Shown here one piece after another: positions 63,969 to 64,000 of a stretch of 64,000 bases of DNA. This DNA comes from Candidatus Brocadiia bacterium (GTDB lineage Bacteria > Planctomycetota > Uabimicrobiia > Uabimicrobiales > JABWCH01). A program made the translations under genes and the position numbers. The notes below the pieces were generated by a model. It was given only the letters and a program-made list of their open reading frames with translations, did not search any database and had not been told where the DNA came from. The stretch covers positions 7,528 to 71,527 of the forward strand of contig JABWCH010000001.1 in the NCBI GenBank assembly GCA_013359215.1. The letters are read 5' to 3'. Positions within the stretch are counted from its first letter, which is position 1. Each line of letters starts with the position of its first letter.

Positions 63969-64000
63969 TTCCCATGTTTCATTTTTTTGGTGATCTTGCA

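Noticed and set aside
1-64000. tRNA, rRNA or tmRNA genes
   Set aside because: Scanning the intergenic regions (6387-6934, 7853-8150, 8400-8620, 9722-10300, 14343-14623, 23525-23968, 53658-53845) showed no cloverleaf-compatible sequence or T-loop GTTCGAATC-type motif.

Overview
This is a low-GC segment (roughly mid-30s % by eye, not computed) from a diderm bacterium, judged by lptB and an LPS-era amidase; the lineage cannot be assigned from sequence alone. Bases 1-23.5 kb carry housekeeping genes: a beta-oxidation thiolase plus an HADH/ECH fusion, a secreted GH13 debranching enzyme, lptB, a HEAT-amidase, and lysC-dapB. These are interspersed with accessory material. There is a 3.4-kb islet bounded by 73-nt inverted repeats (Nudix-like, DUF4351-like and Bro-N genes), with a second inverted-repeat pair nested around the Nudix-like gene. 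There is also a degenerate Ser/Thr pseudokinase, a GspE_N/MshEN-domain protein, a pilin-like gene, and several families of hairpin or MITE-like intergenic repeats. Bases 23.97-63.97 kb form one uninterrupted minus-strand array of about 20 tightly packed genes, and this is the main point of interest. It encodes recognisable contractile-injection parts: VgrG (gp27+gp5 OB), an Hcp/tube-like protein, gp25/TssE, a baseplate-J/TssF-like protein, a P2 gpI-like protein, a single-chain phage-type sheath, TssK-like and PAAR-like proteins, and a VasX-like membrane effector. These structural genes are physically interleaved with two paralogous TRAFAC-type GTPase domains, a 1531-aa STAND/AAA_16 ATPase, two giant single-TM repeat/coiled-coil proteins (2343 and 1769 aa), a Lon-like protease-HEAT protein, a Nudix hydrolase and a three-member family of unknown proteins. 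No TssB/C, ClpV, TssJLM, tape measure or Afp15-type ATPase is visible in the window. An ISKra4/ISLre2-like IS with a 9-bp target duplication has inserted between the two halves of the array. No rRNA, tRNA or CRISPR array was seen. All calls rest on motif recognition by eye; no database search was run.
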